Positions 48,540 to 57,253 of a stretch of 64,000 bases of DNA are shown piece by piece; the stretch's first letter is position 1; each line of letters begins with the position of its first letter. The notes beneath the pieces were generated by a model. It had not been told where the DNA came from. It did no database searches and saw only the letters and a program-made list of their open reading frames with translations. The DNA is taken from NCBI GenBank assembly GCA_028749205.1, contig JAQULR010000002.1, positions 59,644 to 123,643 on the forward strand, in the 5' to 3' direction. A program made the position numbers and the translations under genes. Source of the stretch: Acidobacteriota bacterium (GTDB lineage Bacteria > Acidobacteriota > Aminicenantia > Aminicenantales > Saccharicenantaceae).

Positions 48540-49232
48540 ATGGCTGGAAAGTTTACCCTTGAATTACTCCAGGAATCCTTACCGTCACTACTCAAAGGTG
48601 AAAAACCCGGCCTGAGCACCCAGCTGAAGTTAAGCCCAATGCCTCCCCCTTCAATTTTAACTTTTCGGGATGTTTGGCCTTCATGCTTAAGAGCTGCTGT
48701 TCTTTTGTTACTTTACTCAAGGCATCGAGCACCCTATCTGGTATTTATCCGCAGGAGCAGCCAGGGCAATCACCACCAAAATCAAATATCCTTCCCAGGA
48801 GGACAGATAAACGAGCCCGAATCAGTTGAAGAAGCGGCTATAAGAGAAACTCAAGAAGAAATTGGCCTTAATATCGACAATATCTTGGTAGCCGGTGAGC
48901 TTACACCCCTGTATGTTCAAACCAGCAATTACTGTATTTTCCCAGTGGTCGCAATTACCAGAAGAAAACCGGTCTTTATTCCAAATGCAGTCGAGGTAGC
49001 TGAAGTTATAGAAGTTCCTCTGGCACATCTGATGGAAAGACAAAACTTAAAACAGGAAGTCTGGACACTTCGAGGCCAGGAGATGCTGGTGCCTTACTAT
49101 CAATACGGAGAACATAAAATCTGGGGAGCCACTGCTATGATTCTGGCTGAATTTCTGGAAATATTGACTCGGATTATCCATAGCCCAATAGATTATTCTC
49201 AGGGAAAATCTAGGAAGCTTAGGAAAACTTAG
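48540..49232 (+). CDS. Nudix hydrolase, CoA pyrophosphatase (NudL-like)
   Basis: AAVL, QISFPGG, Nudix box ESVEEAAIRETQEEIG, IWGATA. Confidence 0.9.
   Translation: MAGKFTLELLQESLPSLLKGEKPGLSTQLKLSPMPPPSILTFRDVWPSCLRAAVLLLLYSRHRAPYLVFIRRSSQGNHHQNQISFPGGQINEPESVEEAAIRETQEEIGLNIDNILVAGELTPLYVQTSNYCIFPVVAITRRKPVFIPNAVEVAEVIEVPLAHLMERQNLKQEVWTLRGQEMLVPYYQYGEHKIWGATAMILAEFLEILTRIIHSPIDYSQGKSRKLRKT
49168..49210 (+). repeat. Dispersed element copy N (internally deleted) inside the Nudix 3' end
   Basis: ctcggattatccatagcccaatagattattctcagggaaaatc, followed by 3x taggaa tandem (49211-49236). Confidence 0.7.
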
Positions 49233-49356
49233 GAAATGATATAATTTTCTTAATGGGGTTTTCGCCTCTTATTTGTCTTGATATGAATTTTTTATTGTCT
49301 CCCTGAGTTTCCCGTGGAATAATCTGAAATATTGAAATAATTTTATGGAGGTTTCA

Positions 49357-49557
49357 ATGCCGCTTATTGAAATACACCTTTTGCAAGGTAGAAGCAAGGA
49401 ACAGAAGAAAGCCCTGTTAGAAGCAGTAACCAGAGCTGTCCAAGAATCCATCCAGGCTGCCCCGGAAACCATCAGAGTCTGGATACAAGAATTCCCACCA
49501 GATGAATTTATGACAGCCGGCATCCTGGCTTCAGAAAGAAACAAAAAGAAGCTATAA
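49357..49557 (+). CDS. 4-oxalocrotonate tautomerase family protein; start ATG 49357 gives catalytic Pro1
   Basis: MPLIEIHLLQGRSKEQK pattern; GGAGG RBS at 49347-49351. Confidence 0.9.
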   Translation: MPLIEIHLLQGRSKEQKKALLEAVTRAVQESIQAAPETIRVWIQEFPPDEFMTAGILASERNKKKL

Positions 49558-49668
49558 AACTCGGGACCTTTTAGCTCTCTATTAATAGCATAAATCCTCG
49601 GAGGGTAGTTTTCCTAAAATAATACGAACTGCTCCCCCGTTCTTTTTATATAACAGGTATGCCGCCAG

Positions 49669-49695
49669 AAAAAATAACAGTGGCAAGAGCCACTG
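49669..49695 (-). terminator. Putative rho-independent terminator of the TonB-dependent receptor gene
   Basis: cagtggc-tctt-gccactg followed by ttatttttt on minus strand. Confidence 0.6.
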
Positions 49696-49778
49696 CCAGA
49701 AAACCACCTGTTGTCCTGATGTTTTCTTGTCTCTATAGCTTCCCCGGCAGCCTGCCTGTTTTATTGAATTATCAAGCC

Positions 49779-52532
49779 CTAATAATTCAGATAAAAAGTA
49801 AGAGCAAAGGTCCTGGGTGGAGCATAGGAGGTTGGCATCATGTAGGTAGGCTGATCACCCCGAACATCAACTCTTAGGGCAGTCTGCATATCAAACAAAT
49901 TCATCATTCTGGCTTCAATCATCCCTCTAAATTTGCCCAGCGGGATTTCATAGGTAAGCTGCAAGTCGCAATTAACCCAGGTTTTTAATCGATGAGAGCC
50001 AGCTTTTTCCAGATAACGAAAATAATTCCCGTAATAATCCATACCTCGTTTTTCCCATGGAGCTCCACTCTGAACTCTTAGATAGCCACCCAGGCTGAAC
50101 CTTTTGGCAAATTCCCAGGTACCGAAGACTTTCAGGACATGGGACCTATCGCCAGACAGAAGTCCTTCCCTATTGGGATCACTCAGGTAAAGCCCTGGAG
50201 CATCCTCAATATAAGAAGAAGCATAAAAGAGCGCCGTTCCAGCCTGATAGTCGAGGTCCCAATTGCCTGCCAGACGGCTCCAGGTATAGGACAGGTTAAA
50301 AGACCAGCGATCAGCATACTGCCTTTTTAATTCAAAGGTTACCGCTTTATAAGTTCTTTTGGCTTGGCCAGCATAAAAATCAACAAAGTCTGCCTGTGGG
50401 ATGAGTGCCTGTATTTCTGGTGGCAAATTCTGCCATGACATTAACTGACCATCAAGGTTACCATAGACATAGCTGGATGGGCTGGTTTCACGGTTGCGAG
50501 TCGGGAAATCTTCAATAACATGTTTAAAATAGCGGTAGTCACCCCAGAGTTCAAAAGTCCAGTGACTATTTAACGGACGGCTATAGCCAACCACGAACTC
50601 ATCGGTATAAGTCGGTTTTAAATCAGGCAAAATAATTTTACCAGTTTCGTTGCCCTGAATGACGGTGGCCAGAATAGTTCCGTCTGCCTGAGCAATGTAA
50701 GCATCTGTTCTGTAAATTCGGATTGGAGCAGCAGCTCTGGCAATTGAGCGGTTATCCATATTGTTATAGCGCCCGAAACTGGCAAATATCTTATCTCTAG
50801 CTTTCAAGCTGGGTGTAAATGTAAAGCCTATTCTTGGCTGGATCTCTTTATCAAAATTGAAAGTCAAGAAAGTGTGCTTCTGGTCAGTTTTGCTGCTAAA
50901 CTCATCCCGGTTAGCCAGCAAGCCAAGTGTTAAGGTAAAGCGCTCGCCAATGGTGACATTATCCTGAAGAAAGAGGCCATAAGTCCGCCCGCGAGAATCC
51001 TGAGCCGGCTGCTCTGAATAATAGCGAGCTCTGAACGCATCCTGACCGCCATAGGTGGTGGTAATGATGCTGCCCCAGCCGTTGGCCAAACGATCCAGAT
51101 ATTCGCCGCCATCATCATAGCTAAAGCCGACCTTTATCACATGGGAACGACCGGTAAAATCGAGATATTTGGTCAGAACTAACTTAAATTCATCCCGGAA
51201 GAAGTTCTGGGTATTATATTCAGAAGCGGCACCCACATACTGGCCAGAAGCCGTCGCTCCACCCCCAATATAACCGGTCGCCGTTCTAAAATAACCCATA
51301 GTCCACGGCTCAAGATAATTGAATGGTTCAGGTAAATAACCCAGTTCAGTTATTGGCAAGCTGGAGTAATTTTCTTTGACATGATCATATTTTGCCTCCA
51401 GCAGGGTTGATTGATTAATTGTCCAGACCCACGAAGCATAGATGATTCTTGATAGGCCATCCCCGTTGAGGGCTACTGTTGGATGAGAATTTACTCCAAC
51501 CCCGGTATTCTTTTCAGTGTAATCGTTATTCCTAATACTTACAGCAAACAAATGGGCCCGCCAGGGATTGGCAGTAATTTTGGCGAACAATTCAGTCGAA
51601 TTAGTTTTAGCATCAGGCACAGGACCGAGGTTATTTATTCGGCCAGTAGTCTTGGAATAAGGTAAATTTGCCGAGACATACCACCAGACTTTATCTTTTA
51701 TTATCGGACCCCCCAACCCTATAGAGGGAGTATACTGATCATATTTGGTAACTAAACTCGGGTCATGACTTTTCCAGGTAAAGTCAGCAGGATGAAGGAT
51801 AAAACGGAGAGTTCCAGATACTTTATTTGAGCCCGACCTGGTGATGGCATTAGTCACCATACCAGCGGCCCGCCCGAATTCAGCGCTAATGCCTCCCCTT
51901 TTTATGTTAACTTCCTGAATATCCATTTCGGAAAAATTGGCGCCCAGATATCCATAAAAGGGATTGGTAATATTGGAGCCATCATAAAGATAGACATTAT
52001 CCTGCTTATTACCGCCTGCATTGGGAGCAAAATCGCGGTTATCAGCTACCCCTGGGGCCAGTTGAAAAAGAGAAGAATAAGAACGTCCGAGAGGTAATTT
52101 CTGGACTATCTCAGATACCCAGTTAGATGAGACTTCAGTCGACTTCAGGTCAATTACTGGGGTAGCAGCTATGACCGTAACTTCCTCGTAAATTTTTCCA
52201 ATAGGCTGCAAGACGGCATTAACATAAGTCTGACGGTCAACTGCCACCACTACTTGAGCTGTAAAATCGATCATTTCGGGATGAGTTACCACCAGGGAAT
52301 ACTGGCCGGGTGGCAGTGCTTGAAACAGGAAGCCGCCGTCTTTTCCGGTAATAAACTCCCTGCCGAGTGGCAAAGGCTTTCCAGAAATGACAACCGTAGC
52401 CCCTTCCAGAATCTGGCCATCAGCACTTTTTGCCACCCCGCGAACTGAACCTCTTTCCTGGGCCAGACCCTGAACAGAGGCCAGGAATAGAACTAACGAT
52501 ACTATAAAGATGATTTTAAGATTTTTAGGCAT
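49779..52532 (-). CDS. Oar-like TonB-dependent receptor with carboxypeptidase-regulatory-like N-domain; start likely ATG 52532
   Basis: Signal peptide, LPPGQYSL, LPLGRSY, YDGSNITNP, SAEFGRAAG..N.ITRSG, C-terminal aromatic; AAGGAGG RBS. Confidence 0.88.
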   Translation of the reverse strand: MPKNLKIIFIVSLVLFLASVQGLAQERGSVRGVAKSADGQILEGATVVISGKPLPLGREFITGKDGGFLFQALPPGQYSLVVTHPEMIDFTAQVVVAVDRQTYVNAVLQPIGKIYEEVTVIAATPVIDLKSTEVSSNWVSEIVQKLPLGRSYSSLFQLAPGVADNRDFAPNAGGNKQDNVYLYDGSNITNPFYGYLGANFSEMDIQEVNIKRGGISAEFGRAAGMVTNAITRSGSNKVSGTLRFILHPADFTWKSHDPSLVTKYDQYTPSIGLGGPIIKDKVWWYVSANLPYSKTTGRINNLGPVPDAKTNSTELFAKITANPWRAHLFAVSIRNNDYTEKNTGVGVNSHPTVALNGDGLSRIIYASWVWTINQSTLLEAKYDHVKENYSSLPITELGYLPEPFNYLEPWTMGYFRTATGYIGGGATASGQYVGAASEYNTQNFFRDEFKLVLTKYLDFTGRSHVIKVGFSYDDGGEYLDRLANGWGSIITTTYGGQDAFRARYYSEQPAQDSRGRTYGLFLQDNVTIGERFTLTLGLLANRDEFSSKTDQKHTFLTFNFDKEIQPRIGFTFTPSLKARDKIFASFGRYNNMDNRSIARAAAPIRIYRTDAYIAQADGTILATVIQGNETGKIILPDLKPTYTDEFVVGYSRPLNSHWTFELWGDYRYFKHVIEDFPTRNRETSPSSYVYGNLDGQLMSWQNLPPEIQALIPQADFVDFYAGQAKRTYKAVTFELKRQYADRWSFNLSYTWSRLAGNWDLDYQAGTALFYASSYIEDAPGLYLSDPNREGLLSGDRSHVLKVFGTWEFAKRFSLGGYLRVQSGAPWEKRGMDYYGNYFRYLEKAGSHRLKTWVNCDLQLTYEIPLGKFRGMIEARMMNLFDMQTALRVDVRGDQPTYMMPTSYAPPRTFALTFYLNY

Positions 52533-52636
52533 CTTGCCCTCCTTATAGCACCATCCAATTTTGATTAAACTTCCCTTCCAGTCCTTAAAACTAATTATAT
52601 TTGTCATTTTTTTAAGTCAATAAAAATAGTTGTTAG

Positions 52637-52658
52637 ACCTGCATTATTCATAAAACTT
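52637..52658 (+). repeat. Dispersed element half-site copy O
   Basis: acctgcattattcataaaactt; 16-mer attattcataaaactt identical to 36433-36448. Confidence 0.5.
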
Positions 52659-52864
52659 AACAAGTCTTGAGATTTCGAATCATCATATGTAGGGAGATTT
52701 GGACATGATACGATCTTCCTATGCATCACAAAGTCCAGGGATTTAGCTTAGGAATGAATGGTAAATTTTGATAATTTTTCGGTGTGGGGTTCTGCTTACT
52801 GTATAAGAAGCAGATAGTACACTTTAGCCTGTAGAGGCTCCGACTAAATTGGCCAGTATGCTAA

Positions 52865-52937
52865 ATTTTCATCGAGAATGATCTATCGAGCCTGGGATAA
52901 AGTAGGTTTATCTGGATTATTTATAAATACTCTAGGT
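52865..52937 (-). repeat. Dispersed 73-bp element, full copy P
   Basis: Reverse complement acctagagtat-ttataa-ataatccagat-aaacctactttatccc-aggctc-gatagatcatt-ctcgatgaaaat, ungapped against B and G. Confidence 0.9.
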
Positions 52938-53103
52938 GATATAAGTTTTTGTCTTTATATATTTCTTAAGCCTCCTTGATGATTGCCCCAAATCCACTTT
53001 TCAGATGCAGAATCCAGGATTGCCATGTTAATTTGACAACTTCTTTGGCCACTTTGTTACAAAAATAAGACTCTAAACAGAATTCTTTTCTTTTTCATTC
53101 GCC

Positions 53104-53138
53104 AAAAAAAGAGCCTCTTACTTTTCAGGAAGAGGCTC
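53104..53138 (-). terminator. Rho-independent terminator of the upstream TonB-dependent receptor gene
   Basis: 9-bp stem gagcctctt/aagaggctc followed by U7 on minus strand. Confidence 0.8.
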
Positions 53139-53169
53139 CAGAAAGATTTGCGTGAACTTCTAATCAGTC

Positions 53170-56100
53170 TCAGAAAGAAAACCGGAATCCAAGTCGCATT
53201 GACCAGGTCCCAAACCGTGTCGCCCACTGGCCAAAGGCCGGATGCGGGTCTCCATATTCTTGGGCCCATTGTTGATAGTTCTCAGCCAGAGTGCCGTCGA
53301 GAATTTCTTCATCATCGGCCCAAATCGAGGTTCTGTTAAGGTCAGTATTTTTGCTCTGGATAGTCTTGGTGTTGGTTACATTGTTAATCTGCAGATTTAT
53401 AGCAGCTGTATATTTACCAGCCAGTTTCAGGGCATACTCCAGAAAAATATCAGCCCAGAAAGTAAACGGCAACCGCCCAATATCGGCCCTATTTTCTGGA
53501 TAAATGTATCTGTTGTTCATACGCAGATTGGTAGTCAAGGGAAGTCCGCTACGACCGTAGGCAGTCAATCCTACTGTTAAGCCAAAGGGGAAAACATAAG
53601 AACCGTAGGCCTTGAAATAATGGGTTCGGTCATGAGGCATTGGACCTTTAAGCACATTGCCATAGACATCGTAGGCCATGAACCAATCATCATAATAAAG
53701 AGTAACATTAGGAGCGTTTCGTCCATCTTCATCTGCACTGCTTAAGCCAGAATAGTTACCTTGAACCCGACTTAAGGTATAGTTGATGCCACCCATCCAG
53801 TTATCACTGAATCTTTTTTCCAGAGACAGGTTCATACCATAGTAATCTCTCTTAGCTTTAGGGACTGGCCAATACTCATCGGCAAACTTACCCCCCTCAG
53901 AGATTGGACGGGAATACCCATAACCAGGGTTGGTAATGTAAAAAATTTCTTGAAGGGTCTCATCAACCCATTCCAGAGCTCCAACGTCTTCTATTGTCCG
54001 GATCAGATGTTTATAGACCAGCCTGGCCGACAAAGATAGGTGCTCAGTCAGTTTTTTTTCTGCCCCGAAGGACAGTTCACTCTGAGCTGCTGGTTTAAGG
54101 TCAGGGTCAATTCGGTCAAAAGAAGGTGGCAGGTAATCAAGAGTTCCAGCATAGGTATTATTATATTCCTGGCTTTCTCTGTCATCCCGCACGCCGCTTG
54201 CCCCAATCTTAGTCCAATCAGGATCTTGAAGAGCATAGAAATCTCTTTTGTGCTTCCATCCGCCAAAACTCAACACCGCTATGTAAAGCTTCATAACATC
54301 ATAGTAGATCCCATAACTGGCGAACAGCTTCAGGTTGGAATCCCCAAAGACGTCATAAACTACACCGATCCTGGGAGCAATTTTGTCAGTGAATTTGAAA
54401 TTAACAGGCTTTTTAATGTCAGCATACATCGGGTCATCGGTAAACGAGGGTATATATTCATTTTCAGCCCTGACTCCAAAATTTAAGGTCAGCCGATTTT
54501 TGATGGTCCAAGAATCCTGCAGGTAGAGGGCCCAGTTATTGCTTCTGGCATTCCAGACCCCACCGTAAGGGGCAGTCCAACCGCTACGAATATAGTAATA
54601 ACCATACTGACCATAGTATTCACTCGATGGATCTGCACCCACTCCGACGGGGAATCCAAGGGCATTGGAAGTGCGGTTCCAATATAGATAGACTCTGGGA
54701 TATGGTGAAAAATCGAGAACATCTTCATGGAGCTGGATGAATTGAACGCCAGCTTTCCAAGCATGCTCACCCATCCAGGTGAGATAATAGGTAGCATCGA
54801 GATTGGCACTGATTTTTTCATAGAGTCTTTTTTGTGTCTCCATATAGGTTCCGGAATCGGTCCAGTAGGCATAATGCAAAAGATCTGGATTTTCCTGGAA
54901 GAAAGGGTCATCTTCAAAAACATAGTTGGAAGTATAATAATAAAAGGTGGTGTGAGGAGGTGGCTGAATCCGCTGATTAGTGGTGTTCTGTCTGTGCCAG
55001 CCGGCCCGCAGACTTATGAGAAAATTATTACTCGTAGAATAATCAGCACTGAAAGAAGTGGAGTGGTCAGGATAGTCATAACCTTCTTTAAACCATTCGT
55101 AATCGTATGAAGATGTCCCGCCAATTGAGGGGATAGCTCCACGATATTTATAAAAATTATTGACGAAACTGGCTGAAAGCCGTAAGCCCTGAATTGGGGC
55201 GGCTGTAATCTTGAATGACCCGTTGTAATAAACATCCTTATTGCTGAAATGATAAAAAGGACCCTCCCTGGAATTAAAATCACGCAGAGCAATAGTTTGG
55301 CCGTAAATAGGATTAAAAGCAGCAAAGAACCAAAAACGATCCTTTAAGATGTATCCACCAAGGCTGACTGCAGCTTCCAGTCTGTAATAGTTATCTCGTT
55401 TTTTGCCCCCATCAAAATACAAGTCATCCTGATTGACATATTCATACACATCAACATCATAAGGATTTTGCCTGAGATAATCTCTGGTTTTGCCCTGCAT
55501 CCAGGTTTTGTTGTTTTCATAATAAGTAATCAAATCTCCGTGGAAGACATTACCACCGGACCTGGTAATAACATTTACCACCCCGCCCATCGAGCCGCCG
55601 AATTCAGCGTTATAGCCAGAGGCCACCACCTTAACTTCGTCTATCAATTCAAGAACAACATTTTGAGCTCTGGTTCCAACATGAATGCTGGTAACGTCAG
55701 TACCATCTACATGCCAGACATTTTCAGCACCCGAAGCTCCATCCATAGAATAACCTCCGACCTTGCTTTCATACTGAACCCCGGGGACGATGCTAATTAA
55801 AGAATCAAAACTGCGACCACGCGGCAAAGCCATGAACGTTTCTTTATTCATTACCTGCCCTTTAACCGTGGTTTTCACATCGATTAGCGGCGCCTCCCCA
55901 ATAACAGTGACTTCTTCCTCAACTGCTGCTGGCTCCAGGGTTATGTTTAAAATTAAGGTCTGAGACAGCTCAAGATATATATCCTTCCTGACTATTCTCT
56001 TAAAACCAGGAAGGCTGAAGGTTATTTCGTAAGTTCCTGATGGCAAAGCCAGAAGACGATAAACTCCGTTGCCATCAGTTACGGCCGTAGCCCTGCCGAC

Positions 56101-56262
56101 TAGCTTCGGGCTGGTGGCCTCAACATTTACTCCGGGCAGTGAATTACCCTGATCATCTACCACTCGGCCTGAGATTATGCCTTCTGGCATTATCTGACCC
56201 AGGGACAATCCGGCAGTCAGGAGTAATAAAAAAACAAAAACCAAAGGACAAATCTTTTTCAT
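53170..56262 (-). CDS. Oar-like TonB-dependent receptor (1030 aa)
   Basis: Signal peptide, ISGRVVDDQG, LPSGTYEI, LPRGRSF, VDGTDVT, NAEFGGSMGGVVNVITRSG, ends RLGFRFSF; AGGAGG RBS. Confidence 0.9.
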   Translation of the reverse strand: MKKICPLVFVFLLLLTAGLSLGQIMPEGIISGRVVDDQGNSLPGVNVEATSPKLVGRATAVTDGNGVYRLLALPSGTYEITFSLPGFKRIVRKDIYLELSQTLILNITLEPAAVEEEVTVIGEAPLIDVKTTVKGQVMNKETFMALPRGRSFDSLISIVPGVQYESKVGGYSMDGASGAENVWHVDGTDVTSIHVGTRAQNVVLELIDEVKVVASGYNAEFGGSMGGVVNVITRSGGNVFHGDLITYYENNKTWMQGKTRDYLRQNPYDVDVYEYVNQDDLYFDGGKKRDNYYRLEAAVSLGGYILKDRFWFFAAFNPIYGQTIALRDFNSREGPFYHFSNKDVYYNGSFKITAAPIQGLRLSASFVNNFYKYRGAIPSIGGTSSYDYEWFKEGYDYPDHSTSFSADYSTSNNFLISLRAGWHRQNTTNQRIQPPPHTTFYYYTSNYVFEDDPFFQENPDLLHYAYWTDSGTYMETQKRLYEKISANLDATYYLTWMGEHAWKAGVQFIQLHEDVLDFSPYPRVYLYWNRTSNALGFPVGVGADPSSEYYGQYGYYYIRSGWTAPYGGVWNARSNNWALYLQDSWTIKNRLTLNFGVRAENEYIPSFTDDPMYADIKKPVNFKFTDKIAPRIGVVYDVFGDSNLKLFASYGIYYDVMKLYIAVLSFGGWKHKRDFYALQDPDWTKIGASGVRDDRESQEYNNTYAGTLDYLPPSFDRIDPDLKPAAQSELSFGAEKKLTEHLSLSARLVYKHLIRTIEDVGALEWVDETLQEIFYITNPGYGYSRPISEGGKFADEYWPVPKAKRDYYGMNLSLEKRFSDNWMGGINYTLSRVQGNYSGLSSADEDGRNAPNVTLYYDDWFMAYDVYGNVLKGPMPHDRTHYFKAYGSYVFPFGLTVGLTAYGRSGLPLTTNLRMNNRYIYPENRADIGRLPFTFWADIFLEYALKLAGKYTAAINLQINNVTNTKTIQSKNTDLNRTSIWADDEEILDGTLAENYQQWAQEYGDPHPAFGQWATRFGTWSMRLGFRFSF

Positions 56263-56407
56263 TTGCTTAGTTCCTCCTTTTTTTAGGATGCCCTCAACCT
56301 GGAGGAGTTTTAATCCTCCTGCCGATAACTTTAATTAAAACTATCTTAGCCAACAACTCATTCTTTCTCCTTTTTGCTTAGTCTCACACTTTTACCCTTT
56401 TTAGGAT

Positions 56408-56438
56408 AAGCATATCTCTAACTATAAAAACTTGTCAA
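56408..56438 (-). promoter_or_regulatory. Putative sigma70 promoter of the 1030-aa receptor gene
   Basis: TTGACA-N18-TATGCT on minus strand. Confidence 0.5.
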
Positions 56439-56585
56439 GAAAAATTATTTCTCTTTGGATCATCGCATCCACCATATAGTCGGGGCATATAAACTCCAAA
56501 AAATAAAAAACTCCCTTTCTTCGCGAGGATTGACATCTTTTGGAAAATCAAAATTTTATGGACTGAAATAAAGCCGCTAAATTAA

Positions 56586-56608
56586 GCTTGGTTATTCATA
56601 AATAATCC
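56586..56608 (+). repeat. Dispersed element decayed head copy Q
   Basis: gcttggttattcataaataatcc. Confidence 0.45.
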
Positions 56609-56858
56609 TCCAACAATCCAAGTGGGCAACAATCTGTTTCAGACGTTGTAACGAATTCTGATATTTTTAATCGTTAAAATTATCAAACTTGAAGCCCTGA
56701 CAATTTTAATCTCTGGGCAGGTTAAAAGCGAATTTTCGGCCCAAGCTAACACCGGTAAATTGCTTCTATTGTAAAAGGGAGAAGCAAGCACAGAAAGCTT
56801 ATAAAGATCTTCCTTTCATCCTGGGCAAAAATATAGAACCCCTTCCTCTCTGGGTGAA

Positions 56859-56944
56859 TGCCGGAGGAGGGAGTCGAACCCACACCCGAAATGAATCGGA
56901 CTGGATTTTGAGTCCAGCGCGTCTGCCTATTCCGCCACTCCGGC
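56859..56944 (-). tRNA. tRNA-Leu(CAA), CCA end not encoded
   Basis: GCCGGAG acceptor stem, TGGCGGAATAGG D-arm, CTGGA-CTCAAAA-TCCAG anticodon arm, long variable arm, GGTTCGACTCC T-arm; promoter TTGAAA-N17-TATAGT upstream. Confidence 0.97.
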
Positions 56945-57218
56945 AAACAAAAGGCTAATAAACTATAAATAAATCGTCAGACTTTTTCAAGATTGCCCGC
57001 AGGGGATTTAAGCAGTTAATTCTATTAGATGATCTCTTTTTAGCAAGCATCGTATTTTCAGAAAATGCCTTTTATTCTAACTCCAGCGGGGGCAGATGAC
57101 CAAGAGGCAGGGAATTGGCCTGCTTATGCCTCTACCATTGAATATAATCAGACCTGGATGCCTTCCAAAGGCCGGAGAGAGATATAATTCCTAAGGTTAA
57201 TGAATTTGCTCCCGTTCA

Positions 57219-57247
57219 TTGCCATTATCCTCCCTCTCTGCTATATA
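57219..57247 (+). promoter_or_regulatory. Putative sigma70 promoter of trmH (leaderless geometry)
   Basis: TTGCCA-N17-TATATA with TGn, 6 nt before ATG 57254. Confidence 0.55.
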
Positions 57248-57253
57248 TCTGTT

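Noticed and set aside
7829..52937. Palindromic repeat as a CRISPR array or integron attC array
   Set aside because: Copies are kilobases apart and diverged, with no repeat-spacer periodicity, no cas or intI gene and no attC core ends; many flank core genes such as acnB, ileS and glnA.
49600..56900. Genomic island or prophage integrated at tRNA-Leu
   Set aside because: No integrase, phage or transfer genes, no duplicated tRNA 3' end noticed, and the region carries the same repeat family as the rest of the window.
56746..56946. 66-aa ORF overlapping the tRNA
   Set aside because: Translation of the tRNA-Leu sequence; the cloverleaf explains it.
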